Virus record (IMG/VR): IMGVR_UViG_3300013121_000004
Span: 1-64,000 of that record
DNA from: a virus
Taxonomy: Duplodnaviria > Caudoviricetes
Direction: 5' to 3' (one strand)
Length of the DNA stretch: 64,000 nucleotides
This document shows positions 19,467-28,817 of this stretch, in pieces. Below the pieces are notes generated by a model. It did no database searches. It saw nothing but the letters and a program-made list of their open reading frames with translations, and was not told the DNA's origin. Position 1 is the first letter of the stretch. Each line of letters starts with the position of its first letter. Made by a program: the position numbers and the translations under genes.

Positions 19467-19554
19467 GATACACTAGCCGCATCAGTAATCAATGGTGGGA
19501 ATGCTAGGGTTACCATCTAAGCAAAAAGCTAACCACCCACACAGGAATATTCGC

Positions 19555-19583
19555 TTGACATGTTTTCTGACCAGTGTTACCCT
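19555..19583 (+). promoter_or_regulatory. Promoter TTGACA-17-TACCCT with extended TG
   Basis: ttgaca tgttttctgaccagtgt taccct. Confidence 0.78.
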
Positions 19584-19618
19584 GTGTAATACACACGGAA
19601 GATATAGGAGACACATCT

Positions 19619-20320
19619 ATGATCAGTTTTATTCAGACACTAGTCCTGACGCTACTTCTCGGCTGGAACCTAGTAACAGCACCTCAGACTACTACACCAG
19701 AAGCCATCGTCACATCAGACCCTAATCACTGCATTAGCGCTATCTGGGAGTATGACACAGAGACTTTTCTAGGTACGCCGGTTTGGCGAGGTTACTTCCC
19801 GAGTCAGGCAGACACCCCTCTAGTGGCGAACCTACACGTTATTCGCGAGGGACGAGCCTATTGGGTGTTCTCGAACAATAACAGCCCGTGCAGTATGTCA
19901 TTCATTGACGGTCGAGTCCATGCTGTCCAAGCTGTGTACGGTAACACAGCGCCTCTGGTAAATAGTGATGCTGTCATTGGAGAGGTACTGCACGCGGCTG
20001 ATGCCTACGGGACTGACTGGCGACTACTATTCGCTATCGCTTCAGCAGAGTCTTCGTTAGGGCGGTTCGCTTGCGGCGGTAATGCTTGGGGATACGATAG
20101 TTGTAACACTACATTCGACTCTTTTGCAGAAGGCGCTGCGTTCGTAGCTAATATGTTGGCGAATAATCCACTATACAAAGAATTGGATACTCGCGGTAAG
20201 CTATGTATGTGGGTAGCCGGGAATGCGTCTTGTCCTACCGTACATTCTATCGAGTATGCCGACACTGTGCTATTCTTTATGAGGTTGCTTGACAGGGCTC
20301 TTGTAGGTGATTACCCTTGA
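19619..20320 (+). CDS. Secreted lysozyme-like/glucosaminidase-type cell-wall hydrolase
   Basis: SD AGGAG then ATG 19619; signal peptide MISFIQTLVLTLLLGW; DWRLLFAIASAESSLG...NAWGY...FDSFAEG. Confidence 0.65.
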   Translation: MISFIQTLVLTLLLGWNLVTAPQTTTPEAIVTSDPNHCISAIWEYDTETFLGTPVWRGYFPSQADTPLVANLHVIREGRAYWVFSNNNSPCSMSFIDGRVHAVQAVYGNTAPLVNSDAVIGEVLHAADAYGTDWRLLFAIASAESSLGRFACGGNAWGYDSCNTTFDSFAEGAAFVANMLANNPLYKELDTRGKLCMWVAGNASCPTVHSIEYADTVLFFMRLLDRALVGDYP

Positions 20321-20562
20321 ACGTAAAGGTCAATGTTATTGCTGACGACGATGTAGATCGACTTAAGATAGGTCACGTATGGGCTAGTAAGTTAACACCA
20401 AGAGAACGCACAGCTTACACTGCGCTTGCGCTGGTAGCGACTCAGCCCATACCCACAATGACACTAGATGTATTAGCCAGACAGGCTAATATGTCAAAGT
20501 CGCAAATGCAGAAATGTATTTACTCGCTGTCCGCTCATGGTTTAGTAAGCGGACTAGCTTAA
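20317..20562 (+). CDS. Winged HTH DNA-binding protein
   Basis: TLDVLARQANMSKSQMQKCIYSLSAHGLV. Confidence 0.65.
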   Translation: MNVKVNVIADDDVDRLKIGHVWASKLTPRERTAYTALALVATQPIPTMTLDVLARQANMSKSQMQKCIYSLSAHGLVSGLA

Positions 20563-20669
20563 GGAGGCAGTAAGAGTAGTCGTCTGGTTGTCTTCTCTAA
20601 GTGATGTTTCAGAGGACAAGGTAGTACCTCCTAATCGATATCTATGTGTGTGACGGCTACTCTTACTCT

Positions 20670-21068
20670 CTACTCCCTGTGATACTTATCTATCAACCTT
20701 ACGATATCGTTTTCTGACTTGACGTTGTAGGCTATTTCGAGCACTACAGCAGGATATTCGTCTTTCCCTCGATTTGCTATTGTATGAACTTCATAAGGCT
20801 TAAAGGTATATGGCTTGAATTTTTTCATCTTCTTGCCGTTTATATATGCCTTACCTTCGACCAAAATCATAATCTCTGTTTTGTATAAGTGGAACTGAGT
20901 ACTTAGTGCTCCGTTTTCTTCTAAGAGCATGTACTTCACTACAGTTCCATCGTATCCAGTGTTGCTGATTATAAATTCAGCGCCCCAAGGTTTCTCTATA
21001 GCTGTATCTTGATTTAGTAAAGTACTAGTCAGTACTGTAGACAGCTTAAGTTTGTGTTTACTTATCAT
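20670..21068 (-). CDS. Cupin (mannose-6-phosphate isomerase-like)
   Basis: KPWGAE...LSTQFHLYKTE...H. Confidence 0.75.
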   Translation of the reverse strand: MISKHKLKLSTVLTSTLLNQDTAIEKPWGAEFIISNTGYDGTVVKYMLLEENGALSTQFHLYKTEIMILVEGKAYINGKKMKKFKPYTFKPYEVHTIANRGKDEYPAVVLEIAYNVKSENDIVRLIDKYHRE

Positions 21069-21101
21069 ACTTTATTCTGTTTCCTCTTCGTTGATAGGTT
21101 A

Positions 21102-21632
21102 CTAACTATCATATAGTGGATACTCCCTGATTAACATTTCTCTGTCGTCATCTGTGATGATGTTGTTCATCCAACAATATGACATGATCCCTCTGTACAC
21201 GTCGGACTCATTTCCATAGCATATTTTTGGATTGATGTAGTACGTAGAATCTGTGCTTTTATAGATGTGGTCGCCAAACCCTAGCATGTGCCCTAGCTCA
21301 TGCTTTAGATTCCACTTGATGTAAAATTCTGGCTCATTTCCGATGTATAGCTTCGGGCCAGTTGGGTCTATCATATTCACCCAAGTCCTACCATTAGCAT
21401 CAAGTAGCACATTATGTGGTGCGTTAATCTCGATAACTCCGTTTGTCTCAAAGCACGGTCTTACGAAGTTCCAGCTACGTGTGGCGTTGCGTAGTTCTTC
21501 TACGATTGCTGGCCTCTCCCTAGCCAAACTAGGATGAATGTGAAGTGTTATAGGTAGCTTAGGTTTATTTTCTGGGTTAATCGCTAGATGACACATGTGC
21601 GTCCCTCCTATTTTCTCTCGCAAAGTCGCCAA
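21102..21632 (-). CDS. Zinc metallopeptidase (metzincin-like)
   Basis: HELGHMLGFGD plus Met-turn GIMS. Confidence 0.7.
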   Translation of the reverse strand: MATLREKIGGTHMCHLAINPENKPKLPITLHIHPSLARERPAIVEELRNATRSWNFVRPCFETNGVIEINAPHNVLLDANGRTWVNMIDPTGPKLYIGNEPEFYIKWNLKHELGHMLGFGDHIYKSTDSTYYINPKICYGNESDVYRGIMSYCWMNNIITDDDREMLIREYPLYDS

Positions 21633-22030
21633 TCATACGATAGATACTTTCTTTCCGTAGAACCTCTCTAGCTCGTAAGCCAGAGCAGGGCCAGTCTCTG
21701 ATAAGTATACTGTGGAATCGTAAATCAGTGGATCTAGGTAATGGATACATACGTATCCAGTGTATGTGTATGTTGGTTTAGTTGTGTTTTTCATTCAAAG
21801 CTTTCAAAGTGCTCCTCGCACAGTTCATATAGATAGCCCTCAAACTTGTGTGTTCGACATGGGAAGTATACTGCTTGTTTTGTATTCCTCTTGATTATGT
21901 ATAATTCTTCGCTATGATCTACGCATTCATCACACAAGTGTATTGCTGTAGTCACATCGTCTGTACTTACATACATCAACTTTGCTCTTTCTTAGGTTGT
22001 TTAATCGTTCTGTTGCGCAAACGGGAGCAT

Positions 22031-22354
22031 CTAGAACAACTTGCCTCCATGCTTATATGGGCGCGTATCGTTATATGCCATTTTTGCTTCCATAACGTGC
22101 TCGATATCGACCTTAGCCGAAAATAGTGTATCAAAGATACGAATGACACAATCGATTAGCTCTACTGCCCACCCTTCAGGCTTAGCTCCTCGCCAGTACA
22201 CATCCTTAGCGTCTTCTCTTTTAGCCTCTAGCGCTTCTGACAGCTCAGAGTGCATAAGTGCCACCATTTCTCCGAAGTTACGTTCTTCACCCTCCCACCA
22301 GCCGTGCTCTCTCGCTGTATTGTGAATCTTTGCTGCTGCTTCATTGATATTCAT
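22031..22354 (-). CDS. MazG-like nucleotide pyrophosphohydrolase
   Basis: HSELSEALE...ELIDCVIR...KMAYNDTRPYKHG. Confidence 0.85.
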   Translation of the reverse strand: MNINEAAAKIHNTAREHGWWEGEERNFGEMVALMHSELSEALEAKREDAKDVYWRGAKPEGWAVELIDCVIRIFDTLFSAKVDIEHVMEAKMAYNDTRPYKHGGKLF

Positions 22355-23823
22355 GTATTACTCCTAATATATTTGTTGTCTAAAGTTTGCACAATGTCCG
22401 ATAGTTCGAAAGGTGTCTTTATTACGCTAACTGGTATGTCATTAGCTTTGTACGCGTTTCTTCTAGACACGTTATGGCGTTCTACCACTTTGTGCCCTGT
22501 ATCTACGAAATCTAGCACAATGCAGTAAGGTTTACCTTTCTTTCTGATTCCCCGCCCTACTCGTTGAATAGCTAAATGCTTGGCCTTTCCGCCTCCAGCT
22601 AACACCACCATAGAGATCTCAGGTATATCTACACCTTCAGATACGACTGTCGATATGATTCCATTTATCTTTCCAGATGCCAAATCGTTAAATGCTGATT
22701 TTCTTTTGGCTCCTGACCAACTACCAGTGACGAAAGGATAGCCTGTGTCTTTACTTAATGCTTCACCGTGTGCAAGTTTATTTACAATAACTAGCGTAGC
22801 AAGTTTAAGTTCATCTGCTTGGGCGCATAGGTTTACTATTGTTTCTATTTTGTCTTTATTCTCGATGATAAGTGTTTTCTCTAGAAACTCGTATGTGTAT
22901 TCCCCGCTTACAGATATACCAGACTTGAAGTCTACGCAGTATACATGAGGAGGAACCACGACAGAATCATTAACACCTTCTTGCATTCCGTAAACAAAGA
23001 ATGGTCTAGCCGTAGCGCCGATAAGCCTTAGCTCAGACCCGATAGGCTCCTTGAATGGTGTTGCACTCATTCCGAACCTATAGAAAGCGTCTATATTGTT
23101 TGGTACCTTTGCCCAAGCCAAAGCTGTCGATGTGTGATGTGCCTCGTCAATAACCATACAACCAAATTCAGAACATATCTGCTTAATTTCTCTAGGAGAG
23201 TACCTAGCGAGACTCTGTAGTGTTGCGACAGTTATATCTTGTACATCGAATGTACCGTCTCCAATAACACCTACCCTAGAGTTCTTTAGACGTTCCTGCA
23301 TTCTTTGGGCTGTCTGTATCATAAGGGACTTGGAAGGTACTAGGATGATTGTCTTTAGTTGTAATGCTTCTATAATCCCGGCAATAGTTTCTGTCTTACC
23401 AAAACCAGTAACTGCTTGTATAATGCCTCTTTGTTTTTGTACTGCTGCTGCTACGGCTGCTCGTTGGCTGTCTCTTAGTTTGATTCCTGTAATAGACACA
23501 GGAATATCTAATTTAGATACATCGTTGATAACTCTATTGTCTTTCCTAGACACCAAAACGTCGCTCTCCTCGCGGAGAGCTTTCAGCACTGTCGGAACCA
23601 AACCAGTTGGCAATTTTTTCTGTTTGGTACTAAATAGATGAATGTATTCGTCGAACTTTGGGTCATTGTTTTTGTACCCTTTCATGAATTGAAATCCATC
23701 TTTTTTATACCGTGTAACCTTATCTATTAAGGCTAATATGTATGGCTCGTCTGTTTTTACATCAGTGTATACATTACCGATGTCAAATCGTACTTTAATT
23801 TGGTTCCTCGCTTTGGTCAACAA
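22351..23823 (-). CDS. Superfamily 2 DNA helicase (UvsW/XPB-like)
   Basis: TGFGKT, DEAHH, SATP, EGVDIP, QRVGRGIR. Confidence 0.92.
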   Translation of the reverse strand: MLTKARNQIKVRFDIGNVYTDVKTDEPYILALIDKVTRYKKDGFQFMKGYKNNDPKFDEYIHLFSTKQKKLPTGLVPTVLKALREESDVLVSRKDNRVINDVSKLDIPVSITGIKLRDSQRAAVAAAVQKQRGIIQAVTGFGKTETIAGIIEALQLKTIILVPSKSLMIQTAQRMQERLKNSRVGVIGDGTFDVQDITVATLQSLARYSPREIKQICSEFGCMVIDEAHHTSTALAWAKVPNNIDAFYRFGMSATPFKEPIGSELRLIGATARPFFVYGMQEGVNDSVVVPPHVYCVDFKSGISVSGEYTYEFLEKTLIIENKDKIETIVNLCAQADELKLATLVIVNKLAHGEALSKDTGYPFVTGSWSGAKRKSAFNDLASGKINGIISTVVSEGVDIPEISMVVLAGGGKAKHLAIQRVGRGIRKKGKPYCIVLDFVDTGHKVVERHNVSRRNAYKANDIPVSVIKTPFELSDIVQTLDNKYIRSNT

Positions 23824-24286
23824 TCAACGTAAGAAACAGAGAAGTGTCTGTTCCACCTAGAGTATTAAGTGTATTACCTAGGTGAGTAAACACAGTTTCC
23901 AGCATATTCTCTTCTAGGTTGGTTCTTCCATCGTATGATGTGAACACGCCTGTAGTTTGCTCTACTACTACGCCTTTGAATTGTACAAAGAACTTATCAA
24001 ACAACTTGACATCGCCTGTGTCATATCCGACACTTACAAGAACTGGTGAGTTGCTAAGAGGTTTCGCCTGCTGGCTGGCATCAAAATCTGGTGTGTAGAT
24101 TTCACCCTCTAATCGCACCAATACATCCCTGTCTGGGTCTGCGTATCCTAGAAATTCTCCTAGCGATTCACGAAGTGCTTCGTTAAGCTCCTCCCGTACA
24201 CTAATACCGCCTACTGAGATACGATCATCTGGTAGGTTAGTTTCACTTAGGATTCCTTCTAGTTCGATTCCTCTGTCAATATACAT
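23795..24286 (-). CDS. Hypothetical protein
   Basis: 163 aa, SD AGGAG. Confidence 0.6.
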   Translation of the reverse strand: MYIDRGIELEGILSETNLPDDRISVGGISVREELNEALRESLGEFLGYADPDRDVLVRLEGEIYTPDFDASQQAKPLSNSPVLVSVGYDTGDVKLFDKFFVQFKGVVVEQTTGVFTSYDGRTNLEENMLETVFTHLGNTLNTLGGTDTSLFLTLIVDQSEEPN

Positions 24287-24294
24287 TGTTTCTC

Positions 24295-26088
24295 CTAAAG
24301 TAATAGATTGGATTTGATAGCTACTGAGCTATATCCTTTATAATTCTCGTATTGTTCCATCGTTTCTTGAACCATCTTGGCTACCTTGCTCTTCTTAATG
24401 CCCGTGGCTTCCCATACTGCCGATGCTACGGCGTCAGCGCGGTCTTTCCCATAAGCATCATGATCAATTCTTCCGTTTTTATACTTCAAGAACAGTAATT
24501 CATTAAACAGATCTTCGTCATCCGGCAGGTCAATGAAATTCGAATATACAAGTAGTTTTAGGTTTCTGTACATCTGAAGCTGTTGGGCATTGCTGAACGA
24601 CATATCGTACGCGGCGATGTTATTCTGCCACAGCTTCTGAATAGAGTTTGCCGAGTTCCACTTGTCAAACGTTACTTTCTTAATTCCGTAGTATCTTGCT
24701 ATTTTTAAGATAACCTCGTCAACGTTTAATACATCCACTGGAACGTTGGACTTAGGTTCCCATGTGAGAACAAAGTCTACTACTACTTTCTTTAGCTCTC
24801 TTTCTCCTTCCTCGTCTGCGATTATGATTGTTTGTGGCAGAGTGTGGCATACACATAGAGAGAAGTAGTCTTTCACAAGACCGGGGTCGCCGTGCATGAA
24901 ATATTCCGCATCGTTCACTGCTAAGGGTAACCGCTCTATGTCGATATGTACATAGGAAGTTTCAAGAGTTTCGTCTGATGCTGCTGTCTTTAAGATAGCT
25001 CTCTTGATTACAGATTTAGATACTACTGGAAGCATGAGTTCCTTGTTTACGGCTTCAGATAGCTTGACTGGTATTTCAAAGAACCCATCTTCCTGTGGAG
25101 GCGGATCTGCCATGTACTTTGTTCTGGCATCAACTGGGTCTTTCTTGAAGTGTTGAGCGTACGGCGCAGGTACTCTCAAGTTGAGGTCTTCTATAACTTC
25201 CCAAGGAATGTCCTTGTACAGAGGATGTGTTTCATCCCATTGTGGGTTGATATCCCACGTAGCGCCTTTGTCCCCATAAATCTTAGGATTCGCCGCAGAC
25301 TCTACCCACTTGTCATACGTGAAGTCATTAACCTGCTTACGAGGGAATGAAATCATCATCCCAATCCAGCGATATGAAATAAATCTAGTGTCCGCAGAAG
25401 AGTGTAACGTATCGTAGCATCTCTTTGCGTTATCTGTACCAGACCTAGTTCTGAACGCTGAAGCTTCGTCCATTACCCAAGCGATAACATTAAACCCCTC
25501 CCAGCCTTCATTCTCTGAGTGTTTTGAATGTAGACGAAGGTTTATAAATGGAAACTCAATTGTTTCTTTTCCTATTTTGGGGTTGAACTTGTTGAAACAC
25601 TGTCTCTTAATTCTAGATGTTAACTTGGTAAAGAATACTTGATTAGCTTGTCTTGCGTTTGGCGCAATGTTTACTATGTCTAGTGCTTCGTCGTCCGCCA
25701 TTCCGAAGAAGTTATGAGGATCTTTCATACAACATATTACATATGAAATGTATGCCATCAAGTAAGAGACTAGCAGATCTTTACCGCTACCCTTTCCCCA
25801 CACCAATGCAGCTTCGTGAGGGAGATCCATATTAGTGAAAATCTTGGTTGGGTCATTTCCTAGGATAGCATCCATAGCTGCTTGCTGTCTTCGTGACAGT
25901 TTGTGCTGCCCTAGATATTCTTTAGATACTAGGAACTCCTCGAATTTTGGAGGAAGCTGCTCCCATACTGATTCTTTTACGGCCACGTTACTAGATTCAA
26001 GACTGGATGATCCGCGTGGCATGAGTATTTTAGCTAAAGCATCGTATGCTTTAGTAGTGTCTTGCTGCCTAGTAGCGTTTTTATTCAT
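24295..26088 (-). CDS. terL: Terminase large subunit
   Basis: GKGSGKD Walker A, WVMDE Walker B, HGDPG/FDKWNS/KDRADA RNase H-like nuclease motifs. Confidence 0.88.
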   Translation of the reverse strand: MNKNATRQQDTTKAYDALAKILMPRGSSSLESSNVAVKESVWEQLPPKFEEFLVSKEYLGQHKLSRRQQAAMDAILGNDPTKIFTNMDLPHEAALVWGKGSGKDLLVSYLMAYISYVICCMKDPHNFFGMADDEALDIVNIAPNARQANQVFFTKLTSRIKRQCFNKFNPKIGKETIEFPFINLRLHSKHSENEGWEGFNVIAWVMDEASAFRTRSGTDNAKRCYDTLHSSADTRFISYRWIGMMISFPRKQVNDFTYDKWVESAANPKIYGDKGATWDINPQWDETHPLYKDIPWEVIEDLNLRVPAPYAQHFKKDPVDARTKYMADPPPQEDGFFEIPVKLSEAVNKELMLPVVSKSVIKRAILKTAASDETLETSYVHIDIERLPLAVNDAEYFMHGDPGLVKDYFSLCVCHTLPQTIIIADEEGERELKKVVVDFVLTWEPKSNVPVDVLNVDEVILKIARYYGIKKVTFDKWNSANSIQKLWQNNIAAYDMSFSNAQQLQMYRNLKLLVYSNFIDLPDDEDLFNELLFLKYKNGRIDHDAYGKDRADAVASAVWEATGIKKSKVAKMVQETMEQYENYKGYSSVAIKSNLLL

Positions 26089-26635
26089 CTCCTGATAGCA
26101 CCCAATCAGCCAGTTCAGGAGTGTTCATTACTCTTTCCATGAATTGTTGAATCTGGTTGTCATCCATAATATCGCGGATAATATTTGCGATAGTCTTTAG
26201 CTTCTCTTTTGCATCCTCTTCGATCTGGAATGGGGAACCACCGTAGTTATCAATCAATTCTTGCTGTAGTTTAATAGCCGTCAGTGTATCTTTTGCGCTA
26301 GGGATAGCCCCATTCTGTAATGCTGTAAGATAGCGAGAGACAATGGAGTCTAATGTTTCATAGTTTCTACGCATAGCCTCCGTAGCGTTAGATATAACGT
26401 ATCCTTCCATCGCTTTGGATTTACGCTCGCTAGCGTATCTCCAAAGCATATGGTACGACATCCCCTCCGCAGCGCCATTATCTACCAGCCATTGATACAC
26501 TTGTTTGGCTGGTATGTGTTCGACGAATAGTTTTTCATCTATCTGTTCTTTATACTCGTGTTGCAAGATAGGCTGGTAGGCCACCCTAGGCCCACCTACT
26601 ACCCTGATACTCTCTACGATTCTGCTCTTGCTCAC
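26081..26635 (-). CDS. Putative terminase small subunit
   Basis: Helical 184 aa ORF directly upstream of and overlapping terL. Confidence 0.5.
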   Translation of the reverse strand: MSKSRIVESIRVVGGPRVAYQPILQHEYKEQIDEKLFVEHIPAKQVYQWLVDNGAAEGMSYHMLWRYASERKSKAMEGYVISNATEAMRRNYETLDSIVSRYLTALQNGAIPSAKDTLTAIKLQQELIDNYGGSPFQIEEDAKEKLKTIANIIRDIMDDNQIQQFMERVMNTPELADWVLSGDE

Positions 26636-26694
26636 TTGTTACCTCTAAGTTATACTGTATCTACAGTATACTTAAATTGCATGGAGGTGTGCAA

Positions 26695-26856
26695 ATAGCA
26701 AAAGTTGAGTATGACGAGAGTGCAAATGTATACTACCGAAAGAACAGAGGAACACTGTCGATGAGAGCAGTTGAACAGATAAGAAAATCCGCTCAAATAG
26801 AAAAAGTATCAATAAGGCCGTCCCAATCTAGACTCAGGAACGGCAGGAGAAATTAA
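26695..26856 (+). CDS. Small basic protein, probable non-canonical ATA start
   Basis: GGAGGT SD, 53 codons, TAATG coupling to the holin. Confidence 0.4.
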   Translation: MAKVEYDESANVYYRKNRGTLSMRAVEQIRKSAQIEKVSIRPSQSRLRNGRRN

Positions 26857-27317
26857 TGGAACAGTTTTTTGCTACGTTTGATCCACGCATGTTGTCTATT
26901 GTATTTATGCTATTTTTGGGTGATATCTTATTTGGTGTAGTTAGGTCTATCAAGGATGGAAACTTCCAGCTATCGAAAGTAGGGAACGGCCTAACGCAGA
27001 AGACACTTCCTTTTGGTCTTGTTTTAATTTTTGGTAAAGGAATGCAGATAGCTGCCGAGGGGTCAGCTTGGGCTGATTACGTAACCATCTCATACAATAT
27101 TGTTTGGGGTGTAGTAGGTGTCACACTTGTTGGTTCTATTAAGAATAATATCGAGAAAATTATGGGAGTATCTCTGCCTAATTTCTCGATTACCAAACAA
27201 CCTGTGGTAGAGGAGCCAGTGCCGGAAGACCATAGCACAGATATTTACAGTGACTTAGATCCTAAGACTCCGTACTCTATTAAGGCAGGCGGCATGGGGT
27301 CGCCGTTCAAGCCATGA
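26856..27317 (+). CDS. Putative holin
   Basis: Three hydrophobic segments, DILFGVVRSIK...SIKNNIEKIMGV holin-like pattern. Confidence 0.65.
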   Translation: MEQFFATFDPRMLSIVFMLFLGDILFGVVRSIKDGNFQLSKVGNGLTQKTLPFGLVLIFGKGMQIAAEGSAWADYVTISYNIVWGVVGVTLVGSIKNNIEKIMGVSLPNFSITKQPVVEEPVPEDHSTDIYSDLDPKTPYSIKAGGMGSPFKP

Positions 27318-27565
27318 CACGCTTACGCCACGTTGATTTGGATAACGCTGAAGAAGAATTCCTAGACAGAGAGGAACTATATTATCCAGTTAAGTCTCAA
27401 CCTAAGAACAGGCATGGTGAAATAAAGTGTGCCTTCTGTTATAAAGTAGGAGGCACACTTGTAAGCGCCAGAGGCAGTAGATTAGTACATACTGATTGCA
27501 GAGAGTTCTTCGACGCGGCACATGGTGAGGCACCTACGCGTCGCAGAATTAGAGACAGGTACTAA
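27314..27565 (+). CDS. Hypothetical Zn-binding protein
   Basis: CAFC...HTDC; ATGA coupling. Confidence 0.5.
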   Translation: MTRLRHVDLDNAEEEFLDREELYYPVKSQPKNRHGEIKCAFCYKVGGTLVSARGSRLVHTDCREFFDAAHGEAPTRRRIRDRY

Positions 27566-28817
27566 TCGAATTCGTTTTTCTACTTACTACGGTGTAGTTA
27601 CTCCAGTACTTCGTTAGAGTATTGATGTCTTCTACTGGCACGAATGCTGTTTGAATTCTGGTATCTGTATGTTTACCGAAGTCTAGCAAAGCATCGCCGT
27701 TACCTGTCAGGTTTTCTGCGCCATTGCGATCTAGAATTACTCTAGAGTCAATAGCACTAGATGTGGCGAACGCAACTCTAGACGCGATATTGGCTTTTAG
27801 TCTTCCTGTGAGGATGTCTCTACTTGGGTGTTGTGTTGCCAGTATTAAGTGAATACCAGCCGCCCTACCTAGTTGAGCAATCCAGATAATGTCTTCAAGC
27901 GTAGTTTTCAGCGAAGCTACCAGTGCAGCAAGCTCGTCAATCACCACCATCACTCTTGGCATCTTTTTATCGCTTACCTCATTGTAAGATGAGATATCTC
28001 TCACTGTCATTTCGAACGCACGGTACCTACTATCCACCAATGCTTTAAGTGATTCGATAGTGTACGCTGCTTCTTCGGGGGAGTATGAGTTAGGTGCTAA
28101 TAGGTGTGGGATTCCTTCATACGGGCCAAACTCTACGCCACGTTTCAAGTCTACCAAACATAATTGCACTTCAGTGGGCCTGTAGTTAGCTAGAACAGAG
28201 CAAATAAGCTGATTTAGGAACATACTCTTCCCGGAGCCTGTAGTGCCTGCTACGAGCAAATGAGGCGCTTCAGCGAGGTTTATTTTTGTGAGCAAGCCGT
28301 TTGTGTTTACACCGGCTGGAAGTGTTACTTTATCTGCGTCTCGACAGTTAGCCACTACCTCGCTTAAATATAGTGGCTTGTATGTTTTATTAGGTACTTC
28401 GATCTCCAAAGTACCGTATTGGTTGTTAGGAACCACGCGGACAGCTTCTACTCTAAGCTTGAATGCTATCTCGTTTTGAACATTCCTTATTGTAGAGAAC
28501 CTAGGCATCGATAAAGGACTCATAATGTATTTCGAGATACGCGGCCCTCTGATTACGTCTACCGCTGAGCATACAATGTTATATGCTCTTAGCGCGGTTT
28601 GTACTGTATCTAAGTTGAGTTCGTTATCTACCGCGTGTTTAGGTGGCTGTACTAGTAAGTCATTTGTAGGTAAGTTGAATGCTCCGTATTCAACTAGAGC
28701 GGGAGGTTCTATACTAAAAGACGCTAAGGATCTTAACTTCTCGATCAGTTCGCTCGGATAATCTGTCGAACGAGTCAATAAAATTTGCTCCATAAATGTT
28801 ACGTAAATACTCTCCAA
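27549..28817 (-). CDS. FtsK/SpoIIIE-type DNA translocase motor (no TM or gamma domain)
   Basis: PHLLVAGTTGSGKS, VIDELA, GRAAGIHLILATQHP, DSRVILD, GAENLTGNGD. Confidence 0.92.
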   Translation of the reverse strand: MESIYVTFMEQILLTRSTDYPSELIEKLRSLASFSIEPPALVEYGAFNLPTNDLLVQPPKHAVDNELNLDTVQTALRAYNIVCSAVDVIRGPRISKYIMSPLSMPRFSTIRNVQNEIAFKLRVEAVRVVPNNQYGTLEIEVPNKTYKPLYLSEVVANCRDADKVTLPAGVNTNGLLTKINLAEAPHLLVAGTTGSGKSMFLNQLICSVLANYRPTEVQLCLVDLKRGVEFGPYEGIPHLLAPNSYSPEEAAYTIESLKALVDSRYRAFEMTVRDISSYNEVSDKKMPRVMVVIDELAALVASLKTTLEDIIWIAQLGRAAGIHLILATQHPSRDILTGRLKANIASRVAFATSSAIDSRVILDRNGAENLTGNGDALLDFGKHTDTRIQTAFVPVEDINTLTKYWSNYTVVSRKTNSISTCL

